Source: a virus (taxonomy: Duplodnaviria; Caudoviricetes). From it: a stretch of DNA of 52,235 bases. Both the position numbers and the translations under genes were made by a program. The DNA lies in IMG/VR virus record IMGVR_UViG_3300046003_002393, positions 1 through 52,235 of that record; one strand, written 5' to 3'. Positions within the stretch are counted from its first letter, which is position 1; each line of letters starts with the position of its first letter. Of the stretch, positions 24,984-34,376 are shown one piece after another. The notes under the pieces are model-generated. The model saw only the letters and a program-made list of their open reading frames with translations, was not told the origin of the DNA and did no database searches.

Positions 24984-26459
24984 CTACATGAAATCGTCGA
25001 TGTTTACTTCTGCTGCCTTTGGTGCCTGTTTGGACTCAAGTTTCGCCCAATCCTTGTCAGTGAAAGTGCTTACCTCTTCGTCTACTACAACTGCCTTTAA
25101 TACAACTTTCTCTACCACTACTGCTGTTGGCACGCCTTCAGGCAACTCTTCGTATCCTACCAAGTCAAACTGATCCGCTACATGCGTCAACGCGGGTCGC
25201 TTGTCGGTGACCGGAACTACCGTCTTACCTCCAGGTTTACGAACGATTAGCTCCTGCAGCTTCGGCCATTGCTTTGCCCCAAGGATTTTAGCCTTGAACA
25301 GCTTCTCGGCTTGGGGCGCAGTGATAACCTTCTTGGAGTAAATGTGCTCTTCACGAATCTTCATGCGCTTCATCTCTGCTTCAACAGCCATGTCGTTCAC
25401 CCAACTGCGAGGGCCTTCATTACCTTGCACGACCTTCCAGTCAGCGAGTTGGCCGTTCTGCTCTAACAGGTAGTGATCCCGCGCATCTTCAACCGCTTTG
25501 CACCACTGCTTGACCAGTCCGACTTTGTTGGCCATGTCGTTCAGGTACTCAGGGGTGTAGCTACCGATAAGCTGGTCGATCTGTCCGGTTACTGCAGCGG
25601 GCGTACTCATATCGGCAGCCGCGTCAATCATATCGAACTGGTCCAACACCACCGCATTCGTTTCTTGCCCGAACTTCTGGCAAGTCAGCTTCGCTTTGCA
25701 ATACTTGCATTGCGCCTCACCAGGGTTCAGGTCTTTATCCGCTACTGACCCATCCCCCTCCGTAAATACCGACCATGCTCGGATCGAAGCGTCTTCAACT
25801 TCATCCGAAAACTCGATCAATTCATCGAGGGTGATCACATGCTCACTTGGGTCATCAAACACCCGTGGTTGGGAGATGACGAGTCGGAAAGTGTCGAAGT
25901 CCTGAACCAGGCCGTACTCGCGGTAAGCGGCGAGCGCATACATCATCAACTGTCGGTTATCTCTAGCCTGAACTGGAGTGCGTCCGTACTTCAGGTCGAT
26001 GATGACTAGCTCTTTTTCCTTAACGACGTGGAAATCGACAGTGCCCTTCGCCCCTTCCTCCGATGTGAGATGGGATATGTCCAGTGCAACCTCGGTGAAA
26101 GAGTCGCCCTCTTCAGCGTGCGCTCTGCACACTCCGAGGTAGGCTTGGATGTACTGAACCATCTCAGCGTCCACGACGAACGAAGTACGGTGCTCGTAAT
26201 CCTTGAAGTTCCTTGAATCCCACAGACACACCTCGTTACCTGTGGCGATCTCAACACAGATGTTGATTGTGTGCCCGAGGTGAACGTGAGCGTTAAGGTC
26301 GCCTATCAGACACTCCGAAGCCAAGAAGTGGGCCGCCGTGCCTTCGTCAGCGAATTTCGATGAGGTATTAGGCAACCCTTCTTCCAGCCTCGTGCTTCCG
26401 GGGCAGAGCATCCATCGGTCTGCTCCAGAGGGAGATAACCTAGCGTGTTGGCCAGCCAT
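24984..26459 (-). CDS. DUF2800 Cas4-like PD-(D/E)xK nuclease
   Basis: HARLSPSGADRWMLCPGS, EGTAAH, GTVD, IIDLKYG, QLMMYALA, CKYCKAKLTC; likely start ATG 26459. Confidence 0.88.
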   Translation of the reverse strand: MAGQHARLSPSGADRWMLCPGSTRLEEGLPNTSSKFADEGTAAHFLASECLIGDLNAHVHLGHTINICVEIATGNEVCLWDSRNFKDYEHRTSFVVDAEMVQYIQAYLGVCRAHAEEGDSFTEVALDISHLTSEEGAKGTVDFHVVKEKELVIIDLKYGRTPVQARDNRQLMMYALAAYREYGLVQDFDTFRLVISQPRVFDDPSEHVITLDELIEFSDEVEDASIRAWSVFTEGDGSVADKDLNPGEAQCKYCKAKLTCQKFGQETNAVVLDQFDMIDAAADMSTPAAVTGQIDQLIGSYTPEYLNDMANKVGLVKQWCKAVEDARDHYLLEQNGQLADWKVVQGNEGPRSWVNDMAVEAEMKRMKIREEHIYSKKVITAPQAEKLFKAKILGAKQWPKLQELIVRKPGGKTVVPVTDKRPALTHVADQFDLVGYEELPEGVPTAVVVEKVVLKAVVVDEEVSTFTDKDWAKLESKQAPKAAEVNIDDFM

Positions 26460-26460
26460 G

Positions 26461-26811
26461 TTATTCCCCTTTGGCCTTGTTGATAGCTTTGGCCAGCGCG
26501 AGGTCGGCGGAGACGTACTGTTCAGGGGAGAGTTCCGATAAGCGAGCAACCTTGAGTCCTGCGAACACCGCCATAACTGCATCGCGGCCACCTAACGCCG
26601 CCAGAGCTTTGACTTTATCGGCCAAGTCCTCAAGAGCTACACCCGAAGCGGGTTCAGCTTTGGCTGGTTCAGCTTTGGCTGGTTCAGCTTTCGGCTTCTT
26701 GATACTCTCAGGGATGTTCGGAGCTTCAGTTGGGGCTACTCCTGTAGAGAGCAGCGCGATTACTTTTTCGAGGTTGGTATTCAGTGTTGCTATTTGCTGT
26801 TCGAGTGACAT
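26461..26811 (-). CDS. Hypothetical protein typical of the position upstream of DUF2800
   Basis: MSLEQQI N-terminus, AEPAK linker repeats, C-terminal ARLSELSPEQY helical domain. Confidence 0.7.
   Translation of the reverse strand: MSLEQQIATLNTNLEKVIALLSTGVAPTEAPNIPESIKKPKAEPAKAEPAKAEPASGVALEDLADKVKALAALGGRDAVMAVFAGLKVARLSELSPEQYVSADLALAKAINKAKGE
26651..26691. repeat. 15-bp tandem repeat x2.7 (AEPAK)
   Basis: GGTTCAGCTTTGGCT repeated. Confidence 0.9.
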
Positions 26812-26847
26812 TTTAGTTTTCCTTGATTAGTTGTGTTGCGAGTTGGT

Positions 26848-26877
26848 AATTTATCACCAGATAAATAACCTTGTCAA
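26848..26877 (-). promoter_or_regulatory. Putative sigma70 promoter for the replication genes
   Basis: TTGACA-18 nt-TAAATT with TG extension on the minus strand, intergenic. Confidence 0.5.
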
Positions 26878-26886
26878 GCGTTTTAT

Positions 26887-27132
26887 TTAGTGTATCTTAA
26901 TTTCAGACATTATTTCACCGCAGTCGGACATTCCCGCCAGCACGTTTTTGGTTCCGATCACCTCTCTGAGGCGACGGATTCGGGATTCGTGGCACTCAAC
27001 CATCGCTATGTAATAATCGACTTTGGTAATCACTTCCAGAAACTCTCGCTCCGCGAGCTTCAACTCCCTCTCGGCCTCATCCAACGCGCTCGGTAATCCT
27101 GGTAGTAGTATTGATCTCAGTTCTTTAAACAT
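26887..27132 (-). CDS. Hypothetical coiled-coil protein
   Basis: 81 aa; AGGAG SD upstream. Confidence 0.6.
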   Translation of the reverse strand: MFKELRSILLPGLPSALDEAERELKLAEREFLEVITKVDYYIAMVECHESRIRRLREVIGTKNVLAGMSDCGEIMSEIKIH

Positions 27133-27144
27133 TTTTAGCTCTCC

Positions 27145-27612
27145 TCATAATTTTACCCACTCCCTTCCTGATTTCTCCCAAATACCTCGGGCATCGAGGT
27201 TGATGTACTCTTCGTTAAACACTATCCGCTGACAACTTGTATTGAGCAGCAACTTCACACACGTCATGCACGGGCTGGTCGTGGTGTAACACGTCTCGAT
27301 CTCCCATACGTCTCGGCATTGCAGTAAAGCGTTCTGCTCTGCGTGGATCGCGTGGCACCCATCGAGATTCGTCCCCGTCAGAGATTGCGCTCCGGGACAG
27401 GCGTGAGGGTAATCTGTCTCACGGAAGGGATACAAAGGTTCCGATTCATTACAGTGCTTCGCCCCCGCATACACCCCGTTATATCCCGTAGCGAGGATGT
27501 GACCGCGTTTGTTTACGAGGACGCACCCAACACTACGTCGGAGGCACGTTGAACGGCCAGCGGTCACTTGAGCGAGTTGCATTCCCCACTCATCTTTAGT
27601 CGGTCTGGCCAT
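27145..27612 (-). CDS. dCMP deaminase (ComEB-like)
   Basis: RSTCLRRSVGCVLV, ATGYNG, HAEQNA, PCMTC zinc-deaminase motifs. Confidence 0.92.
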   Translation of the reverse strand: MARPTKDEWGMQLAQVTAGRSTCLRRSVGCVLVNKRGHILATGYNGVYAGAKHCNESEPLYPFRETDYPHACPGAQSLTGTNLDGCHAIHAEQNALLQCRDVWEIETCYTTTSPCMTCVKLLLNTSCQRIVFNEEYINLDARGIWEKSGREWVKL

Positions 27613-27994
27613 GTCCACCTCTAATGTTAATCACTTCATGCGGTTTTCTTCCCAAGTTAAAGAACAGGGAGTCCAAGTCCAACTTCGGTCTGCTGTTAAG
27701 TCCCTGCTCGTCTAGCTTGGAGGCACTGGACACACTAAGGGGAAATATCCGCGCTTGGTACACCCCGTAGTTCTTACCGGTACGTTTCGCACAGCGTTCG
27801 CCCACCTTCTTGAGAATGCCCATCTTGAGCAAGAACACCAGGCGCACCGCTATTCTGTTACGGTCTTTTGACGTGTCCTTCCCGAGGAACTCCTCGAAGT
27901 CCCAGTGAGTGAACTCCTTATCCAGCCCGTAGTTGCTTTCAATCTTTGCGTATACCTTGGAGAGGATACCTCCTCGTGGGTTACAGTTAGCCAT
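27596..27994 (-). CDS. Hypothetical protein (possibly winged-helix)
   Basis: 132 aa basic protein, overlaps both neighbours. Confidence 0.55.
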   Translation of the reverse strand: MANCNPRGGILSKVYAKIESNYGLDKEFTHWDFEEFLGKDTSKDRNRIAVRLVFLLKMGILKKVGERCAKRTGKNYGVYQARIFPLSVSSASKLDEQGLNSRPKLDLDSLFFNLGRKPHEVINIRGGHGQTD

Positions 27995-28472
27995 CGAATC
28001 TCTCCAACATCAATTCCAACACGGCGAGGGCGTTCCACGCGACCTGTGCTTGGTGCATGAGTCCTGTTGCGGAGTCCGTCTGCGCGTCGGTACGTTGAGC
28101 GAACCAGTGTCTCATCATCGCGTTGTCGTACCTCTCTACGCTGTTCGGGACGTGTTTCCAGCCATCGGGTGAATACTTCTCCGCGCCGTAGGTGCCGACC
28201 TTGCCGACCTCTTCCAGCGCCTTCGCGAAGCCCCCCAAGACCAACCCAAGGCGGTTTTTACCAGCGTCTAACTTAGCCCCTGGAGAATGCGGATCGGTAC
28301 CGTGGGGGTCTGTCTCAGCGACGTTCTTATGCTTCACGGTTACAAAATCTACCCCCGGTATGGCGCGTCTCCTCTCGGCGGGAGCTGAGAAAGCCTCTAA
28401 CTCCTGCTGAGTCATTGGGCGGATTTTCTTCGCGGTATCCATCTCTAAATCTATCTGCTTGTATATCGACAT
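27987..28472 (-). CDS. dATP/dGTP diphosphohydrolase domain protein (DUF5664-like)
   Basis: GAKLDAGK.R..L, V.TYGAEKY...W, RY.NAMMRH, DSATGLMHQAQVAWNAL. Confidence 0.85.
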   Translation of the reverse strand: MSIYKQIDLEMDTAKKIRPMTQQELEAFSAPAERRRAIPGVDFVTVKHKNVAETDPHGTDPHSPGAKLDAGKNRLGLVLGGFAKALEEVGKVGTYGAEKYSPDGWKHVPNSVERYDNAMMRHWFAQRTDAQTDSATGLMHQAQVAWNALAVLELMLERFDG

Positions 28473-28483
28473 TCTGATTCTCC

Positions 28484-28708
28484 TTATTCAAGTGCTTCAA
28501 ATTGCGCCCTAACCATCGGGCAGGTTTTAGTTAGTTCCCTTGTGTTTTCCATGACGTTTATTAGTGATGTAGGCCAGCTTTTTTCTTTCGTACACCAACG
28601 TGTACCTTCTTCGGTTCTCATGTGTGGACATAGCACTTCGTCAACATCACACCCCGTAATCTCAACCATAAAACTAACTTTCATTGGTGGGTCTTCAATC
28701 GTTTCCAT
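28484..28708 (-). CDS. Hypothetical Cys-containing protein
   Basis: AAGGAGG SD; 74 aa; first gene of the leftward operon. Confidence 0.6.
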   Translation of the reverse strand: METIEDPPMKVSFMVEITGCDVDEVLCPHMRTEEGTRWCTKEKSWPTSLINVMENTRELTKTCPMVRAQFEALE

Positions 28709-28760
28709 TTGTCACCTCCTTACACATTTCAATCTCCTTAAAAATTAAACTGCGGATAGA

Positions 28761-28833
28761 ACTCTACCACACCTTTTTTATCTTGTGCAAACTATTTTTA
28801 TCTATTGATAAATAAAATTGAAGGGTATACTAT
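28761..28833. promoter_or_regulatory. Divergent sigma70-like promoter pair
   Basis: Minus strand TTGCAC-18-TAGAGT (28790-28761); plus strand TTGATA-17-TACTAT (28805-28833); AT-rich gap between divergent operons. Confidence 0.6.
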
Positions 28834-28862
28834 CCGCTTCTTTTCAGACAAACGAGATAAGC

Positions 28863-29123
28863 ATGGACCCAACAACACTGAGTACATGGCTGCGAATGGC
28901 CACCCCGCTGCAAAGAGAGGAGTTAGCCGCTGCTGCTGACATAAGCGTGAACTACCTGTACCTCATGGCAGGGGGACATCGCAACAACTTCAGGCTTCGG
29001 ATGGCTTTTCGCCTATCGAAAAAGTCATACGAGATGCACCTGCAAACCTTGTGCTTCCTGCCTTGGATAACAATTGAAGACCTGTACGCTATAACCGATC
29101 GAACAAAAACTAAAAACAAATAG
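28863..29123 (+). CDS. Cro-like HTH regulator
   Basis: QREELAAAADISVNYLYLMAGGHR helix-turn-helix; directly upstream of the primase. Confidence 0.75.
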   Translation: MDPTTLSTWLRMATPLQREELAAAADISVNYLYLMAGGHRNNFRLRMAFRLSKKSYEMHLQTLCFLPWITIEDLYAITDRTKTKNK

Positions 29124-29133
29124 GGGTATTTCT

Positions 29134-31071
29134 ATGGTGAATCATTACGGCGCCTCGCCCGGAGCGTGGGATCACTTCGATCTCGTCCTCGGGCTAGGCG
29201 AGGACTTATTACCAGTAGCCGCTGACCCGAACGTGGGGATATCCCCAACCTCATCGCTCACCTCTGTCGGCAAAGTGCCAAGCGTGTACAACAGTCGCGG
29301 TCAGATCGTCGGCATGGCGAAGTGGACAGAACACATCACGACCAGCGAAGAGATCACCCGCTGGTCGCAGAATACCGAATTAGGTATGTGCATCCAGACT
29401 CGTAGAATCAGGGCGATCGACGTGGACATCTCCGACACGGATGAAGCGGAGAGTGTTTACGGGATGCTATGGGGCCAAGGGGTATCGTTCCCTCTCCGCA
29501 CGCGCTCTGACTCCTCCAAGTTCCTCGTTCTTCTCGACTGCGCTGGCGAACTGCCCAAGCGTCGCTTCAAGACCGAGCATGGCGTCATCGAGTTCCTCGG
29601 CACGGGACAACAGTGTGTGCTCGACTCGACTCACCCAAGCGGTGCGCGGTACGCGTGGCCGCTGGAGTGGCCGACTTCTATCCCCATACTCACTATCGAA
29701 GAGCTTGACGTGTTGTGGTCATCGCTCGAAGCCCAGTTCGCTGTCGAACCCTCCACCACCGGCTCGCTCTCCACCAAGAAGCAACAACTCACCGAGATTA
29801 TCTCTACCGATCCTGTCGCCCAAGCCCTGAGCGATCAGGGTCTCGTCATCTCCCAAGCCGCCACGGGTATGCTGGCCATACACTGCCCGTTCGAGGACGG
29901 TCACTCCCCCGGCAGTAGCGCAACCTCTACCGTCTATTTTCCCCCGCACACCGGCGGGTACGAGTTCGGGCACTTCGACTGCAAACACGCGAGTTGTGGT
30001 CATCGCGACGATACCGACTTCAAGGAAGCCATCGGCCTTCGAGTGAGCGACCTGTTCGACTTCGTGGAAGACGAAGCGTTATGTACCTCACTACATAGCG
30101 ATGGTGAAGTCCTCCCCCCGCAGCGGTTCGCGTTCAAGCACGCGAGCGAGTTCGTGCAAGGTGCGCAACCCCGTTGGATTATCAAGGATGTGCTACCTCA
30201 AGCCGAACTCGCGATGATCTATGGCGAGTCTGGAAGCGGGAAGTCCTTTTTTGCGTTGGACATGATTCTTGCCGTTGCCCAGGGATTAGACTGGCAGGGA
30301 CACACCACCGTCGAGGCTGGCGCGGTCGCTTATCTGGCCGCCGAGGGTGCTGGCGGTGCGAAGAATCGGATAAGGGCATACATGCAGCACAACCACTTGA
30401 ATATCGCTGACATTCCACTGTTCGCTCTCGGTGACAGCCCGTCGTTCTTAGAGCGGAAAGACGTGGCCGATGTTATCGCCGCTTTGCGTGTTGTGGTCGG
30501 CTTGCGCGTTGTGGTCGTGGATACCGCCGCGTGTGTCGTGGCGGGCGGTGACGAGAACAGCGGCAAAGATATGGGGCGGTTTATTGCTCATTGCCGGGCG
30601 GTCCACAAGGCGCTGGGTGTGCTGGTCGTGATCATTCATCACAGCGGCAAGGATGCGGCACGGGGGGCGCGTGGTTGGTCGGGAATGCGCGGGGCTTTGG
30701 ATGTTGAAATATGCGTGACCAGGGAAGGACATGAGCGGCTTGCGACTGTAACCAAGATGAAAGACGGAAACGACGAAGACCTGGAATTCGGCTTTAAGCT
30801 GGTACCTGTCACCCTGGAAGACTCGGACGGGGTGACAAGCTGCGTTATACAATACGGCGAGCTGTTACCGAAAGCAGAGCGCAAGCAACCCATCAAGGGT
30901 ACTGAGCAGACTCTAATTGACTGGCTAACGGACTATGAAGACAATCACCTGGAATGGCCTAGCACTGCTGAAGTGTTAGCCGCTATACCGCGCGGGGGCG
31001 TACTGCTTGAGCAGCTTATGGAAAAAAATCAGGTATTGGACATTAACGGGCGGATTACAATTAACAAGTGA
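29134..31071 (+). CDS. Primase-helicase (Prim-Pol domain, Zn finger, RecA-like AAA_25 helicase)
   Basis: AIDVD, THPSGARY.W, CPFEDGHS...FDCKHASC, YGESGSGKSF, YLAAEG, VVVDT, IIHHSGKD..RG.RG.S. Confidence 0.9.
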   Translation: MVNHYGASPGAWDHFDLVLGLGEDLLPVAADPNVGISPTSSLTSVGKVPSVYNSRGQIVGMAKWTEHITTSEEITRWSQNTELGMCIQTRRIRAIDVDISDTDEAESVYGMLWGQGVSFPLRTRSDSSKFLVLLDCAGELPKRRFKTEHGVIEFLGTGQQCVLDSTHPSGARYAWPLEWPTSIPILTIEELDVLWSSLEAQFAVEPSTTGSLSTKKQQLTEIISTDPVAQALSDQGLVISQAATGMLAIHCPFEDGHSPGSSATSTVYFPPHTGGYEFGHFDCKHASCGHRDDTDFKEAIGLRVSDLFDFVEDEALCTSLHSDGEVLPPQRFAFKHASEFVQGAQPRWIIKDVLPQAELAMIYGESGSGKSFFALDMILAVAQGLDWQGHTTVEAGAVAYLAAEGAGGAKNRIRAYMQHNHLNIADIPLFALGDSPSFLERKDVADVIAALRVVVGLRVVVVDTAACVVAGGDENSGKDMGRFIAHCRAVHKALGVLVVIIHHSGKDAARGARGWSGMRGALDVEICVTREGHERLATVTKMKDGNDEDLEFGFKLVPVTLEDSDGVTSCVIQYGELLPKAERKQPIKGTEQTLIDWLTDYEDNHLEWPSTAEVLAAIPRGGVLLEQLMEKNQVLDINGRITINK

Positions 31072-31094
31072 AAAAGCCCGCATTGTGCGGGCTT
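31071..31094 (-). terminator. Intrinsic terminator between convergent operons
   Basis: AAGCCCGCA-TTG-TGCGGGCTT hairpin; A5 run gives a U-tract on the minus strand. Confidence 0.8.
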
Positions 31095-31117
31095 CGTGGT
31101 GCGCGGTGCGGTGTTAC

Positions 31118-32212
31118 TCAGACTCTCATTGGCATAACGACTAGCTGGAAGTCATCGCCGTCAATCAGCACGCTATCATTAGCGGTTAACATTCTTAGAG
31201 CCACATCATCACCTGTTGCCGATTCGAGCGCGTCGATTAGATAGTTGATATTCACTCCCATTTTGAGCGGTTCGCCTTCCCATGTTGCGGGCATGCTCTC
31301 CGTGATGTCGCCCGATGCAGTGCCAAGCGTCACGGTATCTTTAGCGCAATTAATCCGTACTCCATAAAACGACTCTTTAACGGCTGGCTTTAATCTCTTC
31401 AACACAGCGAGTAATCCGGCGCGGTCAGTTGTCAGCGTGCGGTCCCGGTCTTTTCGTGCGGGTATCACCCTTTCATAATCCGGGAATCTACCCTCAATTA
31501 GTCGCGATTGCACCGTGCTACCGTCGGGCAGCTTAAAGTGCATCGCGGTTTTATAGATATTCAATTCTACAATGTCACTGTCCTTTTTTGGCAACATTTT
31601 GTAAAGCGCGGTGACTGCATCGCCAGGCATTATGCTATCTGGATAATCTGCCAAGCCAACCTGGCGACTAGATACACGATGCAATCGGTGTCCGTCAGTT
31701 GCGATCAGGTTAAAATAACCACGATGAACATTGAAGCACATCCCGTTTAAGTAATACCGTACAACATCCTGCTGCGACATTGCCTTGATGACATGTGACA
31801 TCATCGTTCTAAGCGTATCGGCTGGCATGTTCAGAGCTAAGGTATCTTCCAAAGTGTCTACGCTGCGCGGTATCGGATAATCTACCGTGCTCAACACGTT
31901 CAATTTGCTAATGTTGCCATCGTGTTGAATGATCAGCTTATCAATACCTGGTTCGCTGGTCAGCGTGATTTCTGTACTCTTTGGCAATGCGCTTACCCTG
32001 GCGAGTATATCCGCCAGGTTAACGCATACCGGATGGAATACGTCGGTGCCGGTGTCATCCAGTGGCACGGATATAAAAGTATCGCAATCCGTGCCTGTGA
32101 TCTGCCAGGCTGATAAACTTACGCATTGCAGTATAGGTGTCTTATGCCGTTTGTTCACTACTGCGCCCGCTATCTTCAGTGCTGCTGTTAGAACTTCGAT
32201 TTTGATTTTCAT
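31118..32212 (-). CDS. dnaN: DNA polymerase III beta sliding clamp homologue
   Basis: 364 aa; PILQCV, GTDCD, DYP, RYYLNG, ATDGHRL, SRLIEGRFPDYERVIP, GVNINYLIDAL, C-terminal VVMPMRV. Confidence 0.92.
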   Translation of the reverse strand: MKIKIEVLTAALKIAGAVVNKRHKTPILQCVSLSAWQITGTDCDTFISVPLDDTGTDVFHPVCVNLADILARVSALPKSTEITLTSEPGIDKLIIQHDGNISKLNVLSTVDYPIPRSVDTLEDTLALNMPADTLRTMMSHVIKAMSQQDVVRYYLNGMCFNVHRGYFNLIATDGHRLHRVSSRQVGLADYPDSIMPGDAVTALYKMLPKKDSDIVELNIYKTAMHFKLPDGSTVQSRLIEGRFPDYERVIPARKDRDRTLTTDRAGLLAVLKRLKPAVKESFYGVRINCAKDTVTLGTASGDITESMPATWEGEPLKMGVNINYLIDALESATGDDVALRMLTANDSVLIDGDDFQLVVMPMRV

Positions 32213-32240
32213 TTTTAAAACTCCCTGTAAAGTTGTAAAG

Positions 32241-32690
32241 TTATGCTCTTATTAAAAAAGTGTTGCCGTCAAAATCTACTTCCACATAGTCTTGCTTTGC
32301 CTCTTCCGCCGCCGCTTCGAAGTTCATTGTTATATGCCTATAGGGCCAGTTCCCGCTGCCCATTTCTTTGGGCATTTCGTAACAGTCATTAATTAATTCT
32401 TCAATGTACTGCGCGAAGTAGTCCTCATTTATTAGTTGCTCTCCATAAATCCAATCTGACGATCCTTCCGCTACACTTTGCAGCTTGAGCAGTATATCAA
32501 GCTCTTTTCCGTCGTCGCTATTATTGAAGGTGTCTAACTCATTCTGCGCGATCCGTTCGGCTTCAGACTCACCTTCAGATTCGTCGTATTCTTCCTGAAG
32601 CGCATCGCGTTCCGCCGTTAGCTCTTCAATCCGTGTAAGTACATCGCGGCTGTCTATGGTGTTGCTGGTGTTATCAAATTCTGTACTCAT
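32241..32690 (-). CDS. Acidic ArdA-like antirestriction (DNA-mimic) protein
   Basis: Highly acidic 149 aa; IDSRDV..RIEEL, W.YGEQLINEDYF..Y..EL..DC, WPY.HI..NFEAAAEE...DY.EVDFDG.TF. Confidence 0.65.
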   Translation of the reverse strand: MSTEFDNTSNTIDSRDVLTRIEELTAERDALQEEYDESEGESEAERIAQNELDTFNNSDDGKELDILLKLQSVAEGSSDWIYGEQLINEDYFAQYIEELINDCYEMPKEMGSGNWPYRHITMNFEAAAEEAKQDYVEVDFDGNTFLIRA

Positions 32691-32710
32691 GTTTAAAATC
32701 TCCTTAAAAG

Positions 32711-33370
32711 TTAGTAAATAAAGCCTAATGCTTCCACATCCCGTTGGAAGTCTTCCATCAGTGCGGGCAGCCTGGCCTGTAGCTTCATAACGGTGAAGTC
32801 TTCAAGCCGCGCATCAGGCCATACCGCGCATGCCCTAGCGGCTTCCAGGTTAGGCTCTTTAGCCATTGAGTTATAGCACGGTTCATAGCTCATTGCGCCG
32901 CCGTGTCGCGCGTCGAGCTTGCTTTTTGTTTCTTCGTTCACAATTTCGAGTAGATTTTTAGCACCTGTCATAGGTTCTCTGTAATACGCAAAATATTGTC
33001 CTTGTTCTTTAGGTATTGCCTTTGCGTAATACATGGAATCTGCAATGTAGTGCATGGGGCCATCACTGCTGACTAAATGCCATTTGACATAGTGTTCAAG
33101 TTCAGGGATACGCCGGGCGATGTCTTCATGTATGCATCCGCATGAGCCTAGCCATAGTTTTTTCCCGTCGGCGTTCACGGTATAGCTTTCTCCTGGTATC
33201 CGTTCGGTGCGATCGTATAAACTGCCTGTTATGGCGAAGGAATTGTGCCCGTTTCGGCAATTGTCATCGTATCGAACATTTGCGACAAGTACGCAAGCGT
33301 CGCCGTTATCGTCGGTATATTCTGCGCGAAATTTCTTTTTTTGGTCGTAGGTTATGACTGAAGGATTCAT
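32711..33370 (-). CDS. Hypothetical early phage protein
   Basis: 219 aa; RYDDNCRNGHNSFAITG, GCIHEDI, KWHLVSSDGPMHYIA; strong SD. Confidence 0.75.
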   Translation of the reverse strand: MNPSVITYDQKKKFRAEYTDDNGDACVLVANVRYDDNCRNGHNSFAITGSLYDRTERIPGESYTVNADGKKLWLGSCGCIHEDIARRIPELEHYVKWHLVSSDGPMHYIADSMYYAKAIPKEQGQYFAYYREPMTGAKNLLEIVNEETKSKLDARHGGAMSYEPCYNSMAKEPNLEAARACAVWPDARLEDFTVMKLQARLPALMEDFQRDVEALGFIY

Positions 33371-33439
33371 GGTTTAAATCTCCTATAAAGTTAATGTTGC
33401 AAGCTGATTGTTTCACGGTTCGGTTCAGTAGCTCTTGAT

Positions 33440-33529
33440 CTACATCAAGGTTTTCTGTATTAGCTTGATTAGCACGACATACCCTAAAAGCAAGATAACG
33501 CCGATCTTGTATAGTATTTTGATCTTCAT
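33440..33529 (-). CDS. 29-aa hydrophobic peptide (not in the ORF track)
   Basis: MKIKILYKIGVILLLGYVVLIKLIQKTLM; ATGA overlap with the upstream stop. Confidence 0.45.
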   Translation of the reverse strand: MKIKILYKIGVILLLGYVVLIKLIQKTLM

Positions 33530-34110
33530 ATTATGCCTGTTAGATAGAGAGCATGATTGTGGACGTGATGCAGTTCCGCGACAAGCTCCGCGCCCTGGTC
33601 AGTCTGGTATCGCTGTTCGATACCCTCAGCCATAGTTAATGCGTTCTGAGCGTTCCAGTCCTTAAGCTTCTGATCATAGCCGTCGTCGACCATGCCTAGG
33701 TAATCGTCATATCCTTCCATCTCATCGCCGTCAGAATCGACCATAATCACGTGTAAGCAGCAATACCACCAGTCACTATTACACCATGCCCTTAGATTGT
33801 CAAAATCGGCCTGAGCAGCTTTTACAGCTTTCTGGCCTGGCGTATCCGTGGGAAGTACAGCATCACAACTCCAGCCTTCCGCTTTTGCCGTCTTGATAGC
33901 CCCCTGCATATCGTAAAAACGCTTACTACTGTGATCCGTATGTAATATGACCTCTCCAGGCTTCTTATTTCGATGCGTCCAGTTTGAAACCTGTCCATGT
34001 CCGTCGCAATGCTCCCAAGGTAATTCACTGCAATTCTCGAACAAGTAATCTACGCGGAATTGATTACCGGCTGGTGTGATGAATGCTTCTGTTTTATATT
34101 GCGTGTTCAT
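33526..34110 (-). CDS. Hypothetical early phage protein
   Basis: Start at ATG 34110 after AAGGA leader; PWEHCDGHG.VS.W...KKPGE, LRAWC...WWY. Confidence 0.72.
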   Translation of the reverse strand: MNTQYKTEAFITPAGNQFRVDYLFENCSELPWEHCDGHGQVSNWTHRNKKPGEVILHTDHSSKRFYDMQGAIKTAKAEGWSCDAVLPTDTPGQKAVKAAQADFDNLRAWCNSDWWYCCLHVIMVDSDGDEMEGYDDYLGMVDDGYDQKLKDWNAQNALTMAEGIEQRYQTDQGAELVAELHHVHNHALYLTGII

Positions 34111-34214
34111 TTTTAAATTTCCTTGATTAAAGATTATAGAAAAGTGCCAGGGCGGCACATACGCCCATTGCCGCGCCTATCAGAACAGGCGCGACAACCT
34201 CATTGATGAAATAT

Positions 34215-34376
34215 TTAATACGCTGCGTATACATTATATTCGCCCCTCTTGTGATCCGCCCTCATGCCGCGTTTGTCGATGTAGGCCATAGCTGCGCGTA
34301 ATGTTGCGAACGATGCAATGACATAACCCCACTTGAAACAAATTACCTTGTACTTCCCTTGCAAGTTTGAAATCAT
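34215..34376 (-). CDS. Small hypothetical early protein
   Basis: GGAGG SD before ATG 34376; 53 aa. Confidence 0.55.
   Translation of the reverse strand: MISNLQGKYKVICFKWGYVIASFATLRAAMAYIDKRGMRADHKRGEYNVYAAY

Noticed and set aside
24984-26459. Cas4-like gene as part of a CRISPR-Cas system
   Set aside because: It is the standard DUF2800 gene of the DUF2800-SSB-PolA replication module; no array or other cas genes
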